Shown here: in pieces, positions 9,258-16,966 of the stretch
Layout of the letters: each line of letters opens with the position of its first letter
Position numbering within the stretch: position 1 is the stretch's first letter
IMG/VR virus record: IMGVR_UViG_2831971958_000015
Length of the DNA: 37,289 nt
Reading direction: 5' to 3' (one strand)
DNA from: an uncultured virus (IMG/VR IMGVR_UViG_2831971958_000015)
Taxonomy: Duplodnaviria > Heunggongvirae > Uroviricota > Caudoviricetes
Notes under the pieces: generated by a model
Told to the model about the DNA's origin: nothing
Seen by the model: only the letters and a program-made list of their open reading frames with translations
Databases searched by the model: none
Position numbers and translations under genes: made by a program

Positions 9258-10635
9258 GGTCCTCACCCCGCTTTCTGGTCACGGCCAGAGCCACGGCTCC
9301 GGAGAGGATAACGGTCAGAAGGCTCCCTGCAGTCTTGCAAACGGCTATCCCCTTTATATTTCCATACCCGAACACCGGCAGTCCGATCAGCATGGCGGAG
9401 ATAACTCCTGCCACGATGCCCTGCGGCGCCAGCCTTACGCCTTTAAGGGTAAGAACCGTTGGCAACAATGTGGAGGCTCTGAGCGTTCCGTACATCAGGA
9501 AAAAGTGCGTTACCGTCAGCCCCGGGATATTTGCTACCGCAATGCCGGCGGCCAACAGCAAGATCATGGAGAGCTTTGTTTTCCCCATTGTATTTTTCCG
9601 AAAAATGTCTGTTGTGAGGGAAGATACTGCGCACAGGTTACTGTCAATCGTGGACAGCAGGCCGGAAATGATCATAAACAAAAACGGGATCACCGCCCAG
9701 GCCGGAAATAATGTGCTTATCAACTCAAAATTGACCACCCCGGTATCCACCGCGGCATATCCCATGCCGGCGCCGATAAATCCGAGGATCCCCATCGACA
9801 GCGGCACAATGCCAAACAGCAGAGCTCCTACCAGAAATGCCCTGCCGACCCTGTCTTTTTTCACGCAGAAAGCCCTCTGCCAAAAGCACTGATCCCCAAA
9901 CGGCCCGGATATAAGCCCGATTGTGGTCGGAAGCCCAAATCCGAGGAAAATCTCCAGTCCACTTGCCGAGAACAGGCGTCCGGCATCCCCTGTGGCCCCT
10001 CTTAAACCCGTAAGCAGCGTTTCCAGCCCTCCGCCATTCTTTACACCAAAAGCCACAAAACCTATGCTGGCGGCCAACATGAAGACCATCTGAATGGCAT
10101 CTGTCAGTATCGAGGCCCTTATCCCGGAAAACTGGGAATAGGAAAACGCAATCGCCGCCATAATCACCGTCATGGCGGTAAACGGGATCCCGGTAAGCAT
10201 ACTTAAAATCTTGCTGCCTGCCAGCAGCTGCACCCCGGTAGATAATACCGACAATGCGCCGAGCTGGAGCAGGTAAATGTTCTTCACGGAGCCGGACCGG
10301 TATTTTTCATGCATATACCCGGAAAGAGTGATCCCCTCCGGCATTTCCTCCCTTATCCTTTTTGCAAAAGGGATGAACAGTATCAGGCAAAGCACATTCG
10401 GTACCAGGAACCAGAAGAGCCCTGCAAAGCCCTTTGTGTATGCGTTCTCGGTTGACGTGAACAGCGCCGGCGCCCATATCCATGTGGCGGCTATGCTCAG
10501 CGCGGATATTCCCCACCCGATATCTCTATTCCCGACACAGAACCTTTCGACATTGCCCTCTTTTTTTGTCATAAGCACCGTTGCCCCAAACATTACCACC
10601 GCATAGGCCAACAGCACGATCAAAGTGTAATTCAT
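9250..10635 (-). CDS. Sodium:solute symporter (SSS) family transporter
   Basis: About 13 hydrophobic segments. SIAATWIWAPAL, GIRASILTDAIQ, DQCFWQRA and GLLSTIDSNL (Na-site region) motifs. AAGGAGGA RBS. Confidence 0.88.
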   Translation of the reverse strand: MNYTLIVLLAYAVVMFGATVLMTKKEGNVERFCVGNRDIGWGISALSIAATWIWAPALFTSTENAYTKGFAGLFWFLVPNVLCLILFIPFAKRIREEMPEGITLSGYMHEKYRSGSVKNIYLLQLGALSVLSTGVQLLAGSKILSMLTGIPFTAMTVIMAAIAFSYSQFSGIRASILTDAIQMVFMLAASIGFVAFGVKNGGGLETLLTGLRGATGDAGRLFSASGLEIFLGFGLPTTIGLISGPFGDQCFWQRAFCVKKDRVGRAFLVGALLFGIVPLSMGILGFIGAGMGYAAVDTGVVNFELISTLFPAWAVIPFLFMIISGLLSTIDSNLCAVSSLTTDIFRKNTMGKTKLSMILLLAAGIAVANIPGLTVTHFFLMYGTLRASTLLPTVLTLKGVRLAPQGIVAGVISAMLIGLPVFGYGNIKGIAVCKTAGSLLTVILSGAVALAVTRKRGEDHG

Positions 10636-10717
10636 GGTATTCCTCCTTATTTTCTTTTGGAGGAGCCCTCATGCCATCCTCTCCCTGCTCCATCTCCTTT
10701 CCCGGAAAAATTGCACG

Positions 10718-10749
10718 AAAAAGGAAGCCCGGAATACTACCAGGCTTCC
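10718..10749 (-). terminator. Intrinsic terminator just downstream of the late promoter
   Basis: Minus strand GGAAGCCTGG-TAGTATT-CCGGGCTTCC-TTTTT. Confidence 0.8.
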
Positions 10750-10780
10750 CCGACGTTCGATTTAGAATTTTACGAGTACA

Positions 10781-10809
10781 ATTTTCCCACTTTTATATTG
10801 TAATGTCAA
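10781..10809 (-). promoter_or_regulatory. Putative late promoter (sigmaA-type)
   Basis: TTGACA (10809-10804), 17-nt spacer ending TGG, then GAAAAT (10786-10781), just after the late regulator gene. Confidence 0.65.
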
Positions 10810-10834
10810 TGGAAAGTTTTTTGAGCCGGAGGAT

Positions 10835-11587
10835 TTATCGAACGTTCAATCCGTCCACCCCAAAAATGAGCGCCGTCAGCCTCTCAATCCCTACCCGGAG
10901 ATCCGAATATACACTGTCCTTGGAAATATTCTGCTTTTCCGCAATCTCCTTGGCCGAAAGCGTATCCTCCGCCATATACATATCCCATACCACATTGTAC
11001 CGGCGCAGATCAATCTCCCTATTGGTGGACCTGTCACAGTAAGAATAATACAATCCGAACATAGTTTCGATATGAGATACAATGATAGCCGTCCTGGTGG
11101 CGCTGTTCTTGATGCTCTGGATGATAACCTCGTCATTATAGATGGACATCATGGATTCAAGAATATCCAGCGCCGACTCCTTCATCTGCGTCCGGCCAAA
11201 AACGGAATTTTCTGCATGCTCCTTCAGCATATGATAATTCCGCAGAAGAAGTTTGGTATTGCGAAGCCGCTTGTCGGCCCGGTGGCTGTACTCCTTCTTC
11301 CGTTCCTGTTCAAATGTCTTGAGCGCCTCCCTTGCCCCAATCGCAGCTGCTTTCTCATATATTTCACGAAGTTCTGTAGCTGAGAGACACACGATCTTCT
11401 CTGGTTTCGCTTCTTCCTCAGCTTTGCGTTTTTGTTCCCGGACCGGCTTTTCCGCATGAGCACGCAGAGCTTCTTCTACTGCTTCGGGTGTAATTCCCAT
11501 TTCTGCGGCAATCCTCTCGGTTCTCCAGCCGGCCGATCTGAGTGCCGCCGCCTTCCCGGCATCAATATTTTTGTTGTCTGTTTTCAT
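10835..11587 (-). CDS. Putative late transcriptional regulator (C-terminal sigma70 r4-like HTH; ArpU/RinA-like position)
   Basis: RLRNTKLLLRNY and LSAKEIAEKQNISKDSVYSDL. Last gene before the late promoter. Extra N-terminal HTH. Confidence 0.7.
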   Translation of the reverse strand: MKTDNKNIDAGKAAALRSAGWRTERIAAEMGITPEAVEEALRAHAEKPVREQKRKAEEEAKPEKIVCLSATELREIYEKAAAIGAREALKTFEQERKKEYSHRADKRLRNTKLLLRNYHMLKEHAENSVFGRTQMKESALDILESMMSIYNDEVIIQSIKNSATRTAIIVSHIETMFGLYYSYCDRSTNREIDLRRYNVVWDMYMAEDTLSAKEIAEKQNISKDSVYSDLRVGIERLTALIFGVDGLNVR

Positions 11588-11608
11588 GCAATCGCCCTCC
11601 TGATCCTA

Positions 11609-11679
11609 TTTCAATTTCTATCAGATTATGTTATAATCTAACTGTCTGTTGGAGGGTTGCGAAAGCACTCTCCTTTTTT
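11609..11679 (+). ncRNA. Candidate short antisense transcript: extended -10 promoter plus terminator
   Basis: TGT-TATAAT (11629-11637), then hairpin GGAGGG-T-TGC-GAAA-GCA-CTCTCC followed by TTTTTT (11651-11679). Confidence 0.5.
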
Positions 11680-11890
11680 ACTGCCCCAAAAGTGTCTGCA
11701 GATAATCTTCCATGGATATCTGTCCCGGGAGATTGTGATCGGCTTCTTCCACTGCCGGTACCGGCATATCGGCATCCCTGTGGCTTGCATGCGGGGCAAT
11801 GCCAAATTTCCTTTTATAGCAGACCGGACCATACCCCAGCTCCCGGCTCTTTGGGTTCTTTAATTTTCTGCCGCAGATTGAACACTTCAT
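11678..11890 (-). CDS. Small zinc-finger protein (DUF6011-like)
   Basis: CSICGRKL..SRELGYGPVC; GGAGGG RBS. Confidence 0.7.
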   Translation of the reverse strand: MKCSICGRKLKNPKSRELGYGPVCYKRKFGIAPHASHRDADMPVPAVEEADHNLPGQISMEDYLQTLLGQ

Positions 11891-12108
11891 AGCCCTCCCT
11901 CCGCCAGCCGCCTTATGTACTGCCGTATGACTTTTGAAACCGCCGCCGGCTCCATGCGCATTTCAGCCGCGATATCTTCATCGGTCCACCTTGCCCTTTT
12001 CAGAGCCATTATTTTTCCAGTATCGATACGCTTTGGAGCCTTTTCCTCCGGTTTTTCCTTGACTCGCTTCGGTTTTTGGGATTTTAATACGCTTTTTGTC
12101 TTAGCCAT
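11887..12108 (-). CDS. Small HTH protein
   Basis: IDTGKIMALKRARWTDEDIAAEM; start overlaps the upstream stop. Confidence 0.6.
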   Translation of the reverse strand: MAKTKSVLKSQKPKRVKEKPEEKAPKRIDTGKIMALKRARWTDEDIAAEMRMEPAAVSKVIRQYIRRLAEGGL

Positions 12109-12328
12109 TTGCTTCCACCCCTTTCCGCAGGGCGCATTCCGTACATAAGGCAGTGGCTCCCTGCTGAAGCACCACTGAAAGCAGCGGTGTCTTCCAGCAT
12201 TCACATCCACACGCCGGGCATTGTGTAAGTTCCCATCCATCCCGGCCGACCGGAATATTCTTCCTCATGGGCATCATGGCATATCCGCCTTTTTCCTTTG
12301 GGCCTCTCGGCCATATCTTTACTTCCAC
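12101..12328 (-). CDS. Small Cys-rich hypothetical protein
   Basis: CPACGCEC and CTEC; GGAGGG RBS with GTG start. Confidence 0.6.
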   Translation of the reverse strand: MEVKIWPRGPKEKGGYAMMPMRKNIPVGRDGWELTQCPACGCECWKTPLLSVVLQQGATALCTECALRKGVEANG

Positions 12329-12330
12329 GC

Positions 12331-12774
12331 TTATCCCTCCCCTCCCACGTTTTGTAATTTCTGATCAATAATCGGAATCAGCATCCTTGCCGACACCCTC
12401 ATGTGGATCCTGGTAGGCGCCTCCACAATCTTGTAAAGCATATCCGTATATACCTGCTCTGCAGATAATCCCCTGGCATATTCCTCTGCCTGCTGCCTGG
12501 TTTCATCCACAATCGGGATAGTGCTGCACTTCTCAGCAATCTCATGAATCAGCTGCCTTGCCTCGTTGGAGAAAACAACCGTATTGTCTGATTTGACAAT
12601 ATCCATATCAAGCAGATCCGCAATCATATCATCAAGTTTTTTCATACTCACCATCCGCCTTTTCATCATTTCAGAATTTTGTAGGATTTCCATCCATTCC
12701 TGCTCTTGCTGACAAGTTAGCGATAATACCACCCTGTCATTTGCAACCCAATCTAACACCCTGTTCTGTTCCAT
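12331..12774 (-). CDS. Hypothetical phage protein
   Basis: Operon-coupled ORF with RBS before MEQNRV. Confidence 0.55.
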   Translation of the reverse strand: MEQNRVLDWVANDRVVLSLTCQQEQEWMEILQNSEMMKRRMVSMKKLDDMIADLLDMDIVKSDNTVVFSNEARQLIHEIAEKCSTIPIVDETRQQAEEYARGLSAEQVYTDMLYKIVEAPTRIHMRVSARMLIPIIDQKLQNVGGEG

Positions 12775-13132
12775 CCTCCGCCTCTCCCCTTTCAATACCG
12801 GCCATCCGGCCAATCTGCTCGATATGGAACCGATAATATTCCTTTCCAGGGACAGCTCCCCATTCTTCCCTTCCGGTTCCGATAGATAATTTACACATGA
12901 CCTCCACTTCCGGAGAATCACGTCTATATCCGTTCTGGAGAATGACCGGATGGGCCTTGATCGTGCCCTGGGCCCTAAGCAGCTCCAGAACAGTCTCCGT
13001 TTCCTCGCTGGGAAATCCCAGCCAGTGTATAATCCTCACGGTCCAATATGGTTTTATCTCCCGGTATTCATCTTTTTTCTCTCCGGAAAGTATCATATCA
13101 AGCCACTTGCGCTCTATGGGAAGTATCAACAT
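12737..13132 (-). CDS. ASCH domain protein
   Basis: LPIERKWLDMILSGEKKDEYREIKPYW (GxKxxExR). Confidence 0.8.
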   Translation of the reverse strand: MLILPIERKWLDMILSGEKKDEYREIKPYWTVRIIHWLGFPSEETETVLELLRAQGTIKAHPVILQNGYRRDSPEVEVMCKLSIGTGREEWGAVPGKEYYRFHIEQIGRMAGIERGEAEDGTEQGVRLGCK

Positions 13133-13938
13133 AGCTCACTCGCCTCCTTTTGTAAATGGTTTTCCTTTATCCTTCTAAGATTATCCAATGCTCTCTGCAG
13201 ATCATCCTCTACACGCCCTAATTCTTTCGGATAGCTGCTGCTCAGAGCATCATCCAGATCTTTTAAAGTATCATCCAGATTTCGGTACCAGCGCCATCCT
13301 AATATCTGATGCTTTTCCAGAATCTCCTCGATCTTACGGAGCTGCTCAAGCCGTCCCTCCACATCGCTCAGGCGCTCAAGCCTCTCCTGGCAATTTTTGA
13401 GATCCTTTGCCATCTTACTTCCGAAGTCTCGCCCTATCTTCCTCTTTTCGCTCTGATCCGCGAGATAATCTCTGGCATATTCTGCCCGGTCCTCATAAAA
13501 CGGTATCCGCTCCTGATCCAGCCGGCTGTAAATGATATACTTATAAACTCCCACCGGCTCCTCGATTTTCCGATAAACCGCCCTTCTCTTTTTCATGAGT
13601 TTCCCTGTTTCGGGATAATAGTAGATCAGGCCGACATTTTCCGGAATTTCATCCTTTGCCACCAATCCCGCAGGAACCACGAAATAAAATTCATTACAGT
13701 ATTGCAGATACAAATGCCATTTATTATCTCCAAGGAAACCGCTGCGGCTTACCTTGATTTCATATCCGGTTATACATGGCGCCGTATAGCTTCTGGTCAT
13801 TGCCAGTCCGTCAAATTTGAGCATTCCTTGTGGATCCGGAAAGTATGTAGAGCAGGTTTTGCACTCTGTAAGGAAATAATCCTTCGGATGGTATTTAGCC
13901 AGCGCTTTCTTTATTTCTGTTGATGTTACTTTTAGCAC
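13126..13938 (-). CDS. MmcB-like PD-(D/E)xK nuclease
   Basis: FDGLAM..GYEIKVSRSGFLGDNKW..YCNEFYFVVP; AAGGAGGTG RBS before GTG 13938. Confidence 0.72.
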   Translation of the reverse strand: MLKVTSTEIKKALAKYHPKDYFLTECKTCSTYFPDPQGMLKFDGLAMTRSYTAPCITGYEIKVSRSGFLGDNKWHLYLQYCNEFYFVVPAGLVAKDEIPENVGLIYYYPETGKLMKKRRAVYRKIEEPVGVYKYIIYSRLDQERIPFYEDRAEYARDYLADQSEKRKIGRDFGSKMAKDLKNCQERLERLSDVEGRLEQLRKIEEILEKHQILGWRWYRNLDDTLKDLDDALSSSYPKELGRVEDDLQRALDNLRRIKENHLQKEASELC

Positions 13939-14371
13939 CTGTCTCACCTCCTTCTTTCTTGGCCTCTTTCCCCCTACCACTATATTTCACAGCTAAAGCC
14001 ATCGCATCCTCTCCAACATCATCTTTTCTCTCTTTCGCCTCCATTTTCTTTTTACACTTCTCCAGCTGCTTTTCGTAGTCATATTCGATCTGTTCTGCCA
14101 GCCGGTCGGCCATCTTCGTGAACACGCCCCGATAATATGCCTGATAAAAGACATCATCAGCCTTTATTTCATCCAACATATTTATATAATCGTGCAGCAT
14201 ACAGATGATCAGCACCACATCATAGTATGAACAGCTGACCACATAGTCACACATCAGGCGGAGATTGATGGCTTTTTCAATCATCACCTGCTTTTCTTCC
14301 TCCCGGGACATTTCTTTTTCGACCTCATGGAGAAACTGAAACAGGAACCACAGCCGTTCTTTTTTATCCAT
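13895..14371 (-). CDS. Hypothetical phage protein
   Basis: AAAGGTGG RBS, operon context. Confidence 0.6.
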   Translation of the reverse strand: MDKKERLWFLFQFLHEVEKEMSREEEKQVMIEKAINLRLMCDYVVSCSYYDVVLIICMLHDYINMLDEIKADDVFYQAYYRGVFTKMADRLAEQIEYDYEKQLEKCKKKMEAKERKDDVGEDAMALAVKYSGRGKEAKKEGGETGAKSNINRNKESAG

Positions 14372-14384
14372 CACATTCCACCTT

Positions 14385-14567
14385 TCAACTAAATTTCCAC
14401 GCATCCATTCCATACAGATTGTGGCTTTTCCCTGTCAGAGTGATCTTATCCGTAAATTCCTCTCTGCAGCTTTTCTTCGCTGCCCTTCTCATTCCCCGAG
14501 AAGTGCATCTCTTTATATGCCGTTTGTACCCAGGACCGACAAATCTGTTTTTATGATACATTCCCAT
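14385..14567 (-). CDS. Small basic hypothetical protein
   Basis: AGGAGGTG RBS before ATG 14567. Confidence 0.5.
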   Translation of the reverse strand: MGMYHKNRFVGPGYKRHIKRCTSRGMRRAAKKSCREEFTDKITLTGKSHNLYGMDAWKFS

Positions 14568-14576
14568 AGGCACCTC

Positions 14577-14918
14577 CTATTTTTTTATCAGCCTTATCCT
14601 TTTTCTGTTCCTTCTGGCTCCATAATCAGACATTACAAATTCCACGCATTCTTCTTTGCGCTGGTTCAGTTTCCGGCGATCTCCATCATATACCCGGCAA
14701 TCATCACAGTTAAAACACGGCTCCTGCATCTCCCCTGGCTTAACTCTGTCCAGTGATTGCTCCGCATTATTCACGCAAAACTCGCATAGACAGTTGGCAC
14801 ATAGACATACCGGATCTCTTACCTTTTCAAACAGCTGCTCAAATTGTGTCCGGGGTGGCTTCAGTTCGCTTTCTGGTGGTTTCTCTATGAAATCAAATAT
14901 ATCCATTTGCCTATACAT
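14577..14918 (-). CDS. Cys-rich hypothetical protein with N-terminal QMDIF motif
   Basis: CLCANCLCEFC and CFNCDDC; GGGAGGT RBS. Confidence 0.62.
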   Translation of the reverse strand: MYRQMDIFDFIEKPPESELKPPRTQFEQLFEKVRDPVCLCANCLCEFCVNNAEQSLDRVKPGEMQEPCFNCDDCRVYDGDRRKLNQRKEECVEFVMSDYGARRNRKRIRLIKK

Positions 14919-14951
14919 ATTACCTCCCACCATGCGCAACATAAAAATATA

Positions 14952-15128
14952 TTATGAGGCGCTTTCCATCAAAGCAATAAGCTGATCTTCAAGGCTCATT
15001 CTGCGGTAATCATCGTAACAATCAGGGCATATAAAATAATTACCTTCACGATGAAAAGTCTCCTCCATTTCCATCAGATCTTCAAGATCATCATCTGTAA
15101 ACTGCTCTCCACACAATGCACATTTCAT
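14952..15128 (-). CDS. 58-aa zinc-ribbon protein missing from the ORF track (MKCALCGEQF...ICPDCYDD...)
   Basis: AAAGGAG RBS, ATG 15128, TAA 14952-14954, two CxxC pairs. Confidence 0.7.
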   Translation of the reverse strand: MKCALCGEQFTDDDLEDLMEMEETFHREGNYFICPDCYDDYRRMSLEDQLIALMESAS

Positions 15129-15171
15129 ATAATCAATCTCCTTTAATCACCGGATAAGAGAATTCCGTTGT

Positions 15172-15387
15172 TCAATTATGCGTATCATTGAAATTCTCCA
15201 TGGCCCACTTATTCCCCGTTGCTGCTACCGCAAGCCGTGTACGCTCCTGCGGTGTCAAAATCCCATGCTGAACGCTGTCCAGTGCCTCCATAGTCCCGCA
15301 GTTATCGCAGATCATCGTTTTATTATCCATTCTCGATACGGCCAAAAGCCGCTCAAATTTTCTTCCACATTTCGGACATATCTTCAT
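15172..15387 (-). CDS. Small zinc-finger protein
   Basis: CPKCG..SRMDNKTMICDNCG; GGAGGT RBS. Confidence 0.7.
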   Translation of the reverse strand: MKICPKCGRKFERLLAVSRMDNKTMICDNCGTMEALDSVQHGILTPQERTRLAVAATGNKWAMENFNDTHN

Positions 15388-16199
15388 ACTAAACCTCCAA
15401 AATCTTCAAAAGTCATCTGAATATTAGCCGGCTCAAAGTTCATCCACAGCACTTCTTTTTTCTTGGAGTTGACCTGGGAATAAGATGTGTTTTCCCGGCG
15501 CTCCCATTTAGAAAGAATGTCCCGATACAATTCTGTATCATAGCCGCTTATCATGGCTGGTCCTTTATGTTGGAGCAAAACCTTCAGCAGTTCCTCATGT
15601 TCCATATCATCCATTTCACATCGGTATTGCTTCCCGTGCCTAGTCTCCAACACATACGGCGGATCGCAATATATCAGCACGTTTTCAAAATTGAACCGTT
15701 TTATAAGTTCAAGCGCCGGCCTGTTTTCAATCTGTACGCCCCTGAGCCGTTCAGCAGCCTGCATAATCTTCCCCGGCAGATTGCACCAATCCTGTGATGC
15801 GTAGGAGCGCTCCCGCCCCTGCACATCATTCTTCCAGCCCACACGCTCCCCGGAAGTCCGGAAACCATGTCCCATATTAAGCCTGATATAGAAATTCAAA
15901 GCAGCTTCAAATTTGTCCTCTGGAATTTCCTCATATGACCTTTCGTATACTTCCCGTGCGTATGGTGTCATATAAATCATTCCTGCCAGCTTTTCCGGAT
16001 TTTCCCGTATGCACTAAAAGAGATTAACAACATTGCAATCCAGGTCATTAACCGTCTCGATATGGGATCTAGGCTTATTGAACAGGACGGCTCCGCTTCC
16101 AAAGAATGGCTCCAGATAGCTGTGGTGCTTTGGGAAAAATCTTATGATCCAATCTGCCAGCGACCACTTACTTCCCGGATACTTCGCTATCGCTTTCAT
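15384..16199 (-). pseudogene. Dam-like (D12 class) N6-adenine DNA methyltransferase interrupted by one in-frame TAG (16014-16016)
   Basis: KYPGSK and EPFFGSGAV (motif I) lie upstream of the TAG, YCDPPY (motif IV) downstream, both halves in the same frame. Confidence 0.85.
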
Positions 16200-16204
16200 C
16201 GGCC

Positions 16205-16873
16205 TTACGCTCCCGGAGCCAATACCGGCTGATCGGCTCCACCAGCCCCATCCTCCCCCGCTTCTGCTGCCGCCTTCCGTATCTGTTTTAAAGCCATCTG
16301 GTACCCAATGGCCCACAAATACACACGCTCGCTGATCCGCTTCCCTATATGTGCAAATTCTGATTCCCACCACGGATCCGCATATCTCTCTGCAAGTTCA
16401 ACAAAGGCATCAGGATACGGAACATTTTCTCCAAAAGTCATTTCATCGCATAATCTGAGCATTTCTGCAAAATCTTCCTCAACCTCACCTGCTGATATTC
16501 CATGATTCCAATTTCCATCATCTTTCAGAAATTCTTCCTTTATGCCCTCAAGGTCTGACACGATATCGTGCCATTGATAATCATATGTGTCGGAAGAACA
16601 CTGGAATTTTCCCATGAAGTATGAGATATCATTGATATAACACGCCAGCTTATCCGGTGTTACATGATTGAACCAGCTGGCTATGCAGTCTCCCAGATCC
16701 CCACTGACAATCAGATTTCCTTTCTGGCAATCCACAATATATCTGACCGCATATTCTCCGCTGCCGCTCTTATCCCTCCAATCCAAAATCAGGAAATCCT
16801 CATTTTCCAGTACCACCGTAGCTTTATGATTCTTAAATCTTTTCATGCATCTGTTTTTTATGCTTTCGTCCAT
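16205..16873 (-). CDS. Hypothetical phage protein
   Basis: GAAAGGAG RBS, 222-aa ORF in operon. Confidence 0.7.
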   Translation of the reverse strand: MDESIKNRCMKRFKNHKATVVLENEDFLILDWRDKSGSGEYAVRYIVDCQKGNLIVSGDLGDCIASWFNHVTPDKLACYINDISYFMGKFQCSSDTYDYQWHDIVSDLEGIKEEFLKDDGNWNHGISAGEVEEDFAEMLRLCDEMTFGENVPYPDAFVELAERYADPWWESEFAHIGKRISERVYLWAIGYQMALKQIRKAAAEAGEDGAGGADQPVLAPGA

Positions 16874-16966
16874 GTCTGCTCCTTTCCGGGCGGCAGCGCC
16901 CGCCGCCCTGGTTTATTTGTGTGATATCATTCCTTTCCGAGACCAATCGGAGTATGTGGCGCTAAT

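Noticed and set aside
10636..10717. Riboswitch or leader peptide ahead of the symporter
   Set aside because: No aptamer consensus I can recognise, and the upstream ATG at 10693 directly abuts its purine tract; an Rfam/Infernal scan would be needed
16014..16016. Genome-wide amber recoding (alternative genetic code)
   Set aside because: TAG is a genuine stop at 20364, 22666, 24597 and 26076, other genes are not fragmented, and no suppressor tRNA was seen
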